From the human T2T-CHM13v2.0 reference genome, Homo sapiens: a stretch of 64,000 bases of DNA. The position numbers and the translations under genes were made by a program. The stretch lies in NCBI RefSeq assembly GCF_009914755.1, contig NC_060931.1; one strand, 5' to 3'. Numbering within the stretch: the first letter of the stretch is position 1; every line of letters starts with the position of its first letter. This document shows, in pieces, positions 49,779-64,000 of this stretch. The notes beneath the pieces were generated by a model that saw nothing but the letters and a program-made list of their open reading frames with translations, ran no database searches and had not been told where the DNA came from.

Positions 49779-50766
49779 GTAGAGGTTCTGTGCTTAGTTA
49801 GAAGATATCTAACAACACAATTGGTTAGACTTTCATAATTATTTCTGCTGATGTAAGTATCACAGCGCAGGTCATGGGCAACAGTTTACTGTTTTCACAC
49901 CCAGCTTCAATGTTAAATGAACCCCAGACTATAGCGTGACCAGTCTGATATTATCATCCCCAAATCTTTATAGTTTCAGCTCTTGGGATGGATGACTGAA
50001 TAACCATTTTTTTTCCAGTGTGGTAGTCTTAGGGTTTTGCTTATTGGTGTGTGTGTTTCAAGAGGAACCTCTGTTCCTTGGACTTGATGTGAGTGGCAAG
50101 TCATGTAAAAAGCTGGATTTTATCAATAGTTTTTGTCTAAAAACCAAAACCAAAAAATTCTTCCCCTGCAGTACCAGTGCTTGAAATAAACCACCCTCCT
50201 ACCCCCACCCAGCTTGCCTGCGTGGATCCAGTAGCACCCCCGGTACCCCGGTGGGCCTTTTTGGCAGCCCCGAGGGGTCAGGGATCTAGGGGGAAGAGTC
50301 ACCGCAGGGAGCGCAGATGTACTTGGAGTGGGGAATGGTTGGGGGGGACCCATTCCCCTGCTTTAAACCGCAAATGTCTTTTGATATCTAGTAAAATTGG
50401 CAAGCAGAATGATTGAAAACATGTGAGAGGTAACTGGATCTAAGTCTCAAGTAGTACATATTTGAGAAGTTTTCCCCAATGTAAAAGTCACTCTTTAAGA
50501 GCCTTAAACTAATAAAAACAAGGAAATTCCATGTTACGGCTGCCACTCGGCCTTTTCATTTTTATTCCAGAAGTCAGATCTGACAGGTCAGCAGCTCACT
50601 GGCTCTGGGCTCCCCGTGTTTAAAGCAGTGGGGACGAGGAGAAGAACTGGCAGCCGCCGGGACGGGGAAGTCTCCAATGCCATTCAGTGCCAGGCTCGTA
50701 ATTCCCTCTTAGTTTATCCTATTTTCTCTTCTTGGGGCGGCTTCCTGTATGTACTTTATTCACTGA

Positions 50767-51125
<359 letters not shown>

Positions 51126-51488
51126 TAATTTCCTTTATAGTTACACTAGCTTGGAAGAATAACATACTGAGTGGCGTGGAAGGCGTTGGTGCACATAGGT
51201 GCAGCATCCCAGAGCCCCGTCCACTGGCGGCTATTTGTGCATGGCTGCCTGTGGCTTCTTATCTGTGATGGAACCTCGTGGGCAGAGAAGTGGCTGGAGA
51301 GCATCACCAAGGCTGCCTGGTCCAAGTTGCTTCCTGTTGCTGCATGGGCAGTGTTCTGGGGTCCAGACCCTGGGTGGTAGTGATAAGATGGTGATGGGGT
51401 GGAGTGGGTCCTTATAGATCCCACATTACTGAGCGGCCTTTTGCCCTTCAAACCAGATCACAATCCCCTCCCTGCCAGTTGGTCCTCA

Positions 51489-51800
<312 letters not shown>

Positions 51801-53214
51801 GAAGTCACAGGAGGCCCAGCATACAGAGAACATCAGGTATAGAGAGATGTCCTTCCTGGGCCAAAACAGGTGGTGTCATTTTGCTGAGTTTGATAGAGAA
51901 AAAGTCCTGATGTCTGTGTACATAAGAACTCACGTCTAGAGTTCGAGAAAAACCGGTGATGAGAACTTGAACTTGGAGGAGTCACAGGGGGATCAGGAAA
52001 GCTTGGTAATTGGCATGAATTTCCTACCTCCAGGGGCCTGGCACAGAGACCTAGGATGAAGAGGGGGCCATCGAGCATGGTGTGAACTTGGAGAGTGTGG
52101 GGAGCTGCCCCAGCCGAGGGCACTGGATGGGAATTCATGCCAGAACCCCATCACATAGCGGCAGGAGCTGTAATTGTGCTTCTTAATTGTGTATCTTCAT
52201 TTAGTGCGAGTTTAGGTGGTTAGCAATAGCTCTTTAGCTAGCTTTACAGAGTCTAAGTTAAAGAGCCCCTCAGCTATCTTGTAGAAAGCGCCCTGGACAG
52301 GATGGGGTGATGCTGACAGCTGGAGTCACTGTTCCAGCGCCCAGAATGGGGAGACTAGCAGCACTTCTGGGCAGCCCATGAAGCAGCCTCTTCCCTCTGC
52401 CGGTGTCCCTCATGTCCAGCAGAGCTAGAAGTGAAACTCACTGAGGATTGACGCGGCCCCTTTAAAATCGCATCTCCGCTCTTGGCACCAGGAGCTGTCA
52501 TGTAGTGTAACCTGTTGGTGCCCAGAACCCAGGTTTCCTGGTGGCAGCCAGCGGTACCGGTGCCAGGAGGCAGCGAAGGAATCACTTGCGACGCCCGCTC
52601 TCTCTGCCATACGAGTGTCGTTCTGCGGGGCCATCTGGCTGGCAGCAGCTCTCAGCCAATGGCAGGATGTTGTAAACCTCACTCGCTGAATGCGGCACCG
52701 AAAATCTTGAAAATTAACTGCAAAAATAAAATCAAAGCTGGCTCCGAGATGGTATTTCTTGGCCTGGCATAAGCTCTCCGGATGAACTTGCTCTGCCTTG
52801 TTGATAGATGCCTCTTACTAGTTTGGTTTTTTCCCAGGAGCCAGTTGGCATCTTTTAACTTTTCCTTGTAAAATCCAGGCAGAAACATTTTGAGAGCTTT
52901 CTGGAGTTTTTATTTGCTAATTAAAATGTGAGAAGGGAACACAGCCACAGGTAGAGGTCTAGTGCAAGCCACAGCTGTGATTCAGAAGAAGAAAAAAAAA
53001 AGCCAAACCTGACAGTTTCAAAATGAAGTTATTAGCACTTCACCTATAACTGTGATAGCTTTTAACTTGCAGGATCCTTCTCTTAGGCACCACCTCCCAT
53101 CCGAACCCCAGAGCATATGGGAAAAGGAGCTAATGTGTGTAAGTTGCAGGATACTTAATCACTGAAGAATCTAACAATGATAACTACTATCTCTCTGGAA
53201 CTTTTTTTTAACTT

Positions 53215-53385
53215 AGAAGAGTATGTCTTGTTCTGTTTATATATCACATAGTTTTCCAACGACCCTGGGAGGTGAGGTAGGTGGTATATTTTACCAATGG
53301 GAAAATCGATGCTCAGGAAGTCTTGGTGACTTGCTCAAGTTCCCATAACAAGAAGCTGCTGAATCCAGGATGGAACCTGGTCTAC
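53215..53385 (-). mobile_element. MIR
   Basis: caacgaccctgggagg...attttaccaatgggaaaatcgatgctcag...tgacttgctcaag. Confidence 0.65.
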
Positions 53386-53530
53386 CCCAAATGCCCCTAC
53401 TGCTTCCTAGGGCCCAGTAATGCCCCTGGGTAGGGCGGGCCCAGCTCTGGAAGAAACAGGGCTATACAAAAAATCACCCAATATTGGGTCACCAGCCTTC
53501 TTCTACTTGCAAAATAATTAAGCAAAATCT

Positions 53531-53842
<312 letters not shown>

Positions 53843-54399
53843 TAATTCTGCAAGTTATAAGCAGCCAGTGGCCCACCAGGCCCAGCTGTACGTTCCCAGG
53901 GACCCCCCAAAGCGTATATGTCCCGGGCACACACACACTAGGTGGTTTGTTTTGTTCCCCAGCAGCCCGTGTCTGCCCGGGCAGATGTTAGTGGCTGAGA
54001 AACCCCAACAGGGAGTGAGCCACAGGCCCGCGGGTGGCTTCCCTGCCAGTGTTCTCCTCGCGAAGGGGAAGGGAGCCCTTGCCAGAATGGCTGGTGCCCT
54101 AACAAATTGATTCCTGCCAAACAATAGAAATAAATATTTTCAGCAGACAGAAATGTTGGCTCTGAAAGCATTCAAATTAAAGGCTTATTTCTGAAACAAA
54201 TACTTTAGGAGGAAAACATTTTTACCAGCGCAGATGAGATCAGAGCTATTCCTTTTGGCAGTGGCAGGACTATTTTGAGACTCAGCCACAACGGTTTCCC
54301 TGCCCCGTCTCGTTTTTCACTGATGACCTCGCCCCCTGTTTCATGGAGACAGGGAATTGCATTCAGCTAGAGGCATGGGGAAGAGATGGTGGCATGGTG

Positions 54400-54550
54400 T
54401 TCTGCAGAGAGCCTCAGTTGGACAGTCGGCCGAATCTGGATTCAAATCCAGGCCCTACCTCTCCTGCTATGATTTCGACAAAGCCGGTCAGTCATCTGAT
54501 CATCAGCTTCCTCAGTCTGTGAAATGGGGCGGTACCTCCCTTGCAATGGT
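54400..54550 (+). mobile_element. MIR
   Basis: ctggattcaaatccaggccctacc...cagcttcctcagtctgtgaaatgggg. Confidence 0.7.
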
Positions 54551-54589
54551 TAATAGCGTTATCCTCAGGACCTGGGGGTCATTGGAGGC

Positions 54590-54783
54590 CAGCACTGTCC
54601 CTAGAACTCTCTGTGTTGATTAAATGGTCTCTACCCGCCCCAGCAAATATAATTGCCACTAGCTACATGTAACTGTTGGGCCCTTGAAGTATGGCAGCTG
54701 GAATGGAGGGAACAAATTTTAAATTTAACTTAGATGAAATGTAATCCACATGTGGCCACTGGCTACCATTTTGGATAGTGCAG
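54590..54783 (+). mobile_element. MER3-like non-autonomous hAT-Charlie DNA transposon, near full length
   Basis: Termini cagcactgtcc ... ggatagtgcag; internal gccactagctacatg and ccacatgtggccactggctacc. Confidence 0.8.
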
Positions 54784-55030
54784 TTCCCATTCATCCCTCT
54801 CATTTCATTAGTTGGTCCCTGGAGCCAATTAATTGGTTGGAGGGTCAACCCACTACAAATCTCCCAAGTCTTTCTCTGTGCCGGATGCAGCTGTGCGGAG
54901 TTGGGACCTGTCTGTTGTCTTTGACATCCGTCTTCTGTCCTGCAGACGGAGCAGTGGGGCAGTGCCATCGAGCTGGGCAGAGGAATTAATATCTTAGCCA
55001 TCAACTGCCCAAATCAACCTTCATGGGCAT

Positions 55031-55141
55031 CTTTTAATTTTCTAAGAGATGGGGTCTTGCTGTGTTGTCCAGGCAGGACTCGTGGGCTCTTTCCGCCTCA
55101 GCCTCCCGAGTAGCTGGGACTACAGTTGTGCACCACCACAC
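55031..55141 (-). mobile_element. FLAM_A/FAM-like monomer
   Basis: Left-arm start fused to gagtagctgggactaca end, typical of fossil monomers. Confidence 0.7.
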
Positions 55142-56246
55142 CCCTCTGATATTTCTTAATTTTAATGGCTGATGTTTCTTAATTTTAACAAGTTCCCATA
55201 TGTCTCATGATGTATGCTAAGTATAAAAAGAATAATAGAAGGCATGAAGTCAAGGGGCCTGTTTCCCGGGCATTTGTTTCAGTGGTGAGTCACATTCATG
55301 CGAAGCCTCGGTTTCCTTATCTGTAAGACCAGATCAGCAAACCACCTGTGGCTGCCTCTCTCCCTGGTTGACCCCGAGGCCAAGAGGAGGGGCAGGGTCA
55401 GCAGCCGGCCAGACCTCAGTAGCCCCTCCCCATCCTGGTATGGGGGAACACAGGAGGTAGAAAACAAGTGACCTACACAAGGCGGGTGGTGGCGGGGGAG
55501 GTCCCACTTTAACAGGAGGCAAGATGGCCGGGAGAAAGCTATGGGGAACCCAGGCAAATGGAGATGAGCAGACCCCAAGAACCGTACCCTAGGGGGCTGG
55601 CTGGGTCGGGGGAATTAGGGTCCTTTGGGCTCCTTGCAGAGCCGAAGATTGTAGTGGGGAGCACTGCGTGTGCCTACAAGGCTGAGCCTGGCAGGCAGAA
55701 TTATGTGTTGTTTTGAGATAACAGCCACAACAGAGCAGTAAAGAATACTGCTTATAAAACGGACATTTTTTTGTAGCTCAAAAATGGTCAAATATCAGTA
55801 ATGTCATGTGGTTTGAGTAATCCATAAAGCAGAGCCCTTCTCGTTAGGGCTGAGAATTATCCTCCCCTCTCCCTGCCACAGAGCCGGCCACGTGGCCTGC
55901 CCCGGCACCTGCTCCGCCTTACATGTCATTATGCGTCTCCGAGACAGCGTCTCTCACATCTCACCGTTTAAATGAGCGTCTAGCAAGTATTCTATGGAGT
56001 GCAATGCTTGTTGGATACATCTGGCATTTTCATCTTCGCAGAGTGGGTTTGTGACGGGGTGAAAAACAAAAAAACAAATTCTTGATTCTTGATGGAAATC
56101 TCTCAGTCCTGAGAGATTTATAAAAAAGGCTTGTAGGAAAACTTTGTACGCGTAGCTTTTATACTCATAGACCAAATTATAATTTTTTATTCAATCTTAT
56201 TTTCTGAATAGGTAACGTGTTCACTTGGTCTAAAATCAAAATTTTA

Positions 56247-56349
56247 GCCAGGTCCGGTCACTCGCACCTGTAATGGCAGTACTTTGGGAGGCTGAGGTGG
56301 GGGGCGGTCACTTGAGCTCAGGAGTAACATGGCAAAACCGTGTCTTTAC

Positions 56350-56386
<37 letters not shown>

Positions 56387-56545
56387 TAGCTGGACATGGT
56401 GGCACGCGCCCGTAATCCCAGCTACTCAGATGGCTGAGGCGGGAGGATTGCTTGAGCCCAGGAGTTCGAGGCTGCAGTAAACTGTGATTGCATCACTGCA
56501 CTCCAGCCTGGGTAACACAGTGAGACCCTGTCTCCAAAAAAATAA
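56247..56545 (+). mobile_element. AluJ with (AC)16 in its middle linker
   Basis: (AC)n at 56353-56384 between arms; small deletion at the B-box. Confidence 0.92.
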
Positions 56546-56792
56546 AATTTGTATGTTTATATACTGAGAAATTTTGTCTCCGCCTCTGTCCCTTTTTACC
56601 CCTACTGTCTACCCTAAGTCAGTACTGTACTTCTGTTCATTTTCTGGGGGTGTGCTGAACAGATTCAAGAGAATAGCATTTCCATGGAAAGGCCGCAGCT
56701 TGTAAGTTTCACTTGAATTTCCGTGATTGGGAGTTAATATCAAATGATCTCTCAGAATCAAGAAATACTGATACATATCAAATGTATAATAA

Positions 56793-57116
<324 letters not shown>

Positions 57117-57189
57117 TAAAGGAACATGGGCACGTAATCTTTATACGAGGTGGAGTCAGATTGAATAGCAAGAGGAAGAGAAACTGACA

Positions 57190-57330
57190 TCCACGCTCAT
57201 TGCACTGGGCGTTTTATGTGACTTAATCCTCATAGCAGCTCTATGAAGTATGTATCAGAGGGTGTCCCCATTTTACATTAAATCACTTGCCTGGATCACT
57301 CAGCTGGGGAGGGTGAGAGCCAGGTGACCT
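57190..57330 (-). mobile_element. MIR
   Basis: ttaatcctcatagcagctctatgaagta...tccccattttaca. Confidence 0.7.
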
Positions 57331-58077
57331 ACCCAAGGCTGTGTCTCTGGGTGGGGGGCTCAGAACCTCTCTCCCTCGTTTTGTAGTAGCCAGACATTGT
57401 CTCGTATAAACTATGGCAACTGGAAGTGAACCAGGTCTTTTCCTGCCCTCTGATTTTGGTGGAAAATGTGACCTACCCAGGAAAAGCACTATGATTTTAG
57501 GAGTTTAGGTGCACAAAGCTGTTTTCCAAGCATGCTCATTCTTCTCCCAATTTGGGACTCATTGCTGCCTCTCTGCCCTCATCTGTGGGGCCAAGGGAGC
57601 TGGAGCGACAGCCACAGCAGACCGCTCTGCATCCCTGTATGCGTTGTGGGAAACAGCAGAGGAGGTGGCGTTGCGCCCATCTTACAGACTCCAGATTCTG
57701 TTCACCCGACAGGCAGTGGGAATCCGTGTTCACGCTGGTCCCTTGGATCAGAAATTCAGTACCCTTCCCTCCACACCATGCTGTAGACACCTCTTTCCTC
57801 TCCTAGACCCGGAACATCCTCTCTTCTTCAGGGTACTGGGGACCAAGATCCACCCTCGTGGTGAGAAAACCACACCATAAATAAACACAGCCACCATACG
57901 CCGTGAGATCTGGCCAAGAGGTTTCCTTCTGTTCATTCGGCCCTAATCTCCAAGATGGGAAGGCATTGCCAGCTGCCCTGTGTAGAGATTCCTGAACACG
58001 CAGTGTTTCTTATTAACCCGCCAGATAACCAGAAAATCAGTCTTTGGGCAAGCGCTTGCTTCTCCACGTGCCCAGTA

Positions 58078-58860
<783 letters not shown>

Positions 58861-59368
58861 TCCTGGTCATCTTTCTAGGCCCCCACTGCATGCCCTTGAG
58901 GACTAGGAAGGGTGCCTCCTTCTCTGCATCAGGCTGACTCCTAGCAGCTGCCGTATCTCCAGCTTTCCTGCTTTCAACTATGCTTTTTGTCTCCTTTTCC
59001 TCATTGCGAGCCTAGGCCTGTATGGGGTGGTGGAGTGGGTGGGAGCTCACTGCTTAGGTGGGTGGGCAGTGTGGGTGGTGGTGGTTCCATGGGTCTCTCC
59101 CTCCCACTGTCCCATCTTTGCCACTCATCTGCTGCCCCCCACTCCCGGACCCCTTTTGGAGGTCAGTCTCACTCTGTGGAAACCCTGGCTTCCTGGTTCG
59201 AGATGCCCCCTCTGGCCCACGTGTCTGACATCACGTACCAGAACACTGTGGCCATCATTCAGGATTTTTTATGACACAGTAGTGAATCAAAGCCTGTCAG
59301 TGGGAAAGTGATGGGGAAGGATTAAGTGTCTGAGAACATTTGGGAAATATGAGGTTAGACCTGGTTCT

Positions 59369-60056
<688 letters not shown>

Positions 60057-60070
60057 AAAATATCAATGTT

Positions 60071-60206
60071 TAGCCAGACTCAGTGGCTTACCCCTGTAAC
60101 CCCAGCACTTTGAGGAGGCTGAGGTGGGAGGATCGCCTGAGCCCAGGAATTCGAGACCAGCCAGGACAACATAGCAAGACTTCCATCTATTAAAGAAAAA
60201 AAAAAC
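60071..60206 (+). mobile_element. FLAM-like Alu monomer
   Basis: Single left arm with A tail. Confidence 0.85.
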
Positions 60207-60520
60207 CATCGTTTACTTTTAGGAGTAGGCATTACATTTACGTGCTTAAAATACCAAAGGTACCCAAGTGTAGATATGAAAGACTTTCCCACCCCCAAGT
60301 GAGTGCCCAGCCCCTTAATTTCCCTCCCTGGTATGGATACTACCAGTATCTTATGTTTGTAGAACCTTCTACAGAACCTTGTGTAGGTAGAAGCAGATTC
60401 TATGCATCTATGTGTATCTGTGTATTTGCAGTGACTAGATTGATTGCTGTTGATGGACATATTCTGGGGAGGTGTTTTTACACTTCCATTACTGAGCACA
60501 GGCTCACAGGATGGCACTTT

Positions 60521-60937
<417 letters not shown>

Positions 60938-61235
60938 TGATTTACTTGAACCATCCCTGGAGCCCCTGGCCTGGTGGGGGATGCTGGTGGCAGAATGAAT
61001 TCGGGTCTGAGGTCAAGCATGTGTCTGTGAGAGTACACAAAATGAACTGTGATGTAGCGTTTACTGTGCCACAAACTTGAAATGCATCATCTTGATTATG
61101 TCCAGAGAAAGGAAGTCATTTGACCACAGCCACACAGGTTACAATGGGGATGCGGCCTGGAGTCCAGGTGTGAGCTACCACACCCAGCCCACATACACTT
61201 TAAAGATGAGCAAATCCAGGCTGTAATCCCAGCAC

Positions 61236-61590
61236 TTAGGGAGGCTGAGGTGGGAGGATCACTTGAGGCCAGGAGTCCAGTCAGGTTTGGGAGGCCGAGA
61301 CAAGAGGATCGCTTGAGCCCAGGAGTCCAGTTTAGGTTTGGTAGGCTGAGGCGGGAGGATCGCTTGAGGCCAGGAGTCCAGTTCAGGTTTGGGAGGCCGA
61401 GGCGGGAGGATCTCTTGAGGCCAGGAGTCCAGTTCAGGTTTGGGAGGCCGAGGCGGGAGGATCTCTTGAGGCCAGGAGTCCAGTTCAGGTTTGGGAGGCC
61501 GAGGCGGGAGGATCTCTTGAGGCCAGGAGTCCAGTTCAGGTTTGGGAGGCCGAGGTGGGAAAATTGCTTGAGGCCAGGACTCCAGTTTAG
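61236..61590 (+). repeat. Alu-derived minisatellite, 7 x 51 bp
   Basis: Unit tttgggaggccgaggcgggaggatctcttgaggccaggagtccagttcagg; copies 4-6 identical. Confidence 0.97.
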
Positions 61591-62036
61591 ACACCACTGT
61601 TTGAAGCGTCTTGGGATGTTTTCAGTAGGGGACTTGGAGAAGTGATGGAAAGAGGCTGGTGGGTGGGCTTAGGCCCACCACCCCTTTCTAGCCAGAGAAC
61701 CCTCCATTCATCGAAATGATTCTGTTGTTGGAAATGAAACAAAAAATAAAATGGTCTTAGGACCTTCCTGTGCAGGAACCATGGCCGACCTTTCCCTTTT
61801 TGTACAAGTGATCTATTTTTTTCACTAGCAAAACCATTTAAGATTTCTATATAGGATGTGCTGTTTGATTAGTTTGACAGATAATCCCCCAAGAAACATC
61901 AGATGAACTCACTCTTTGGATTAAAGTTTGAGATAATAAAACAAGAATACTTGTGTTGCTGATGTGGCCAGCCCAAGTATGTTTTTCCCACCAGCCCAGA
62001 GGTTCTGGGGGCAGGAGGCATCCTTTGCAGGCCTAG

Positions 62037-62679
<643 letters not shown>

Positions 62680-62708
62680 CACATACACTTTAAAGGTGAA
62701 CAAATCCA

Positions 62709-62994
62709 AGCCAGGCATGGTGGCTTATGCCTGTAATTCCGCACTTTGGCAGGCCAAGGCGGGCAGATCGCTTGAGGCCAGGAGTTCAAGACTAGTCTGG
62801 CCAACAAGGCGAAACCCCCTCTCTACTAAAAACATAAAAATTAGCTGGGCATAGTGGCTCATGCCTGTAATCCCAGCTTCTCAGGAGGCTGGGTCTTGAA
62901 CCCTGGAGGTGAAGGTTAACCAGTGAGCCGAGATCACACCAGCGCACCCCAGCCTGGGCGACCGAGCAAGACTGTCTCAAAAAAAAAAAAAAAA
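62709..62994 (+). mobile_element. Alu (S/J-type), head-to-head with the preceding AluJ
   Basis: TSD aaaggtgaacaaatcca (62692-62708) / aaagatgggcaaatcca (62992-63008). Confidence 0.92.
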
Positions 62995-63384
62995 GATGGG
63001 CAAATCCAAATGGATCTCTGGTGTTATTTAAATACTTATTTGGGAAAAAAATTTTCCCACTATTTCTGTTAAGCAGACAGCTGGTTACATGGTAGTTTTT
63101 TAATTTTGTTTTTAATAACATCTGAAATGCCTGGCAGAAAGTCTGGAGTTGGGGGCAGAGAGAAACTTAAAATGTTAGGAGCTTTGCCCTTTGAGGAGCT
63201 GTCAGAATTGGAGAAAAAACATCCCAGAAATTGTAATCAGTGAGGAAAACAGGATTCCAGCTATCCACAGCACCCCAGCTGTACACCAGCGTCACGGGAT
63301 GAGGGATGCCTGTGTGCACGTAGGCCTTGGTTTCTGAGCTGAGACAGCAGCAGCCAGGCCGACTTGGTGATAGGCTTGGCCTGC

Positions 63385-63901
63385 CCCTGCAGTGGACTGC
63401 CTGGGCCTGGGCCTGGGCCTTGGCCTTGGTCTCAGCCCTGTGGTGGATGATCTGAGCCTTGGCTTTGGCCCTCCAGTGGATGGCCTGAGCCTTGGCCTTG
63501 GCCTTGGTCCTGCCGTGGATGACCTGAGCCTTGGTCTTGGCCTTGGTCCTGCGGTGGACGACCTGAGCCCTGGCCTTGGCCTTGGCCCTCCAGTGGATGA
63601 CCTGAACCTTGGCCTTGGCCTTGGCCTTGGCCCTGCCGTGGATGACCTGAGCCTTGGTCTTGGCCTTGGTCCTGCAGTAGACAACCTGAGCCTTGGCAAT
63701 TGGCCTTGGCCCTCCAGTGGATGACCTGAGCCGTGGCCTTGGCCTTGGTTCTGCTGTGGACGACCTGAGCCTTGGCCTTGACCTTGGCCCTCCAGTGGAT
63801 GACCTGAGCCTTGGCGTTGACCTTGGCCCGCCAGTGGATGACCTGAGCCTTGGCGTTGACCTTGGCCCGCCAGTGGATGACCTGAGCCTTGGCCTTGACC
63901 T
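63385..63901. repeat. Compound minisatellite, ~13 units, modal period 39 bp, with internal (GGCCTT)n hexamers
   Basis: Core gtggatgacctgagccttgg recurs at 63392, 63443, 63476, 63515, 63554, 63593, 63638, 63677, 63717, 63756, 63795, 63834 and 63873. Confidence 0.97.
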
Positions 63902-64000
63902 CTGAAGCTCTTCTGTGCAAGGGTGGGGCTCCTGTTGGTGACACCCACTTGCTGAGTCTACACCTGGGAAGCTCTTGGTCAGCTCGGCCCATTGACTTGA

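Overview
This is primate, most likely human, genomic DNA. I recognise no protein-coding exon, RNA gene, CpG-island promoter or prokaryotic element. About 60 Alu elements or fragments (AluJ, AluS, FLAM; roughly a quarter of the window) are interspersed with old L1, L2, MIR and MER3 remnants, microsatellites and two minisatellites. All recognisable L1 pieces and most Alus are on the minus strand and the + strand looks T/G-rich, so I infer a long intron of a + strand gene that I cannot name. The supplied ORFs are almost all Alu-derived, low-complexity or chance frames, and many start at GTG/TTG. Five observations stand out: (1) an AluS flanked by a ~200-bp direct repeat that ends at an L1-endonuclease site, which looks like a giant target-site duplication (59369-60056); (2) a 39-bp minisatellite carrying ~18 overlapping NR5A-type YCAAGGYCA nuclear-receptor sites (63385-63901); (3) a 51-bp Alu-derived minisatellite that seems to have grown from a duplicated head-to-head Alu junction (61165-61590, matching 62677-62708); (4) a consensus recursive-splice-site motif, polypyrimidine-CAG|GTGAGT (6290-6343); (5) paired CLEAR/E-box palindromes in a repeat-poor island (32960-33026). 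I found no convincing new multi-gene system. Subfamily calls and element boundaries were made by eye and are approximate.
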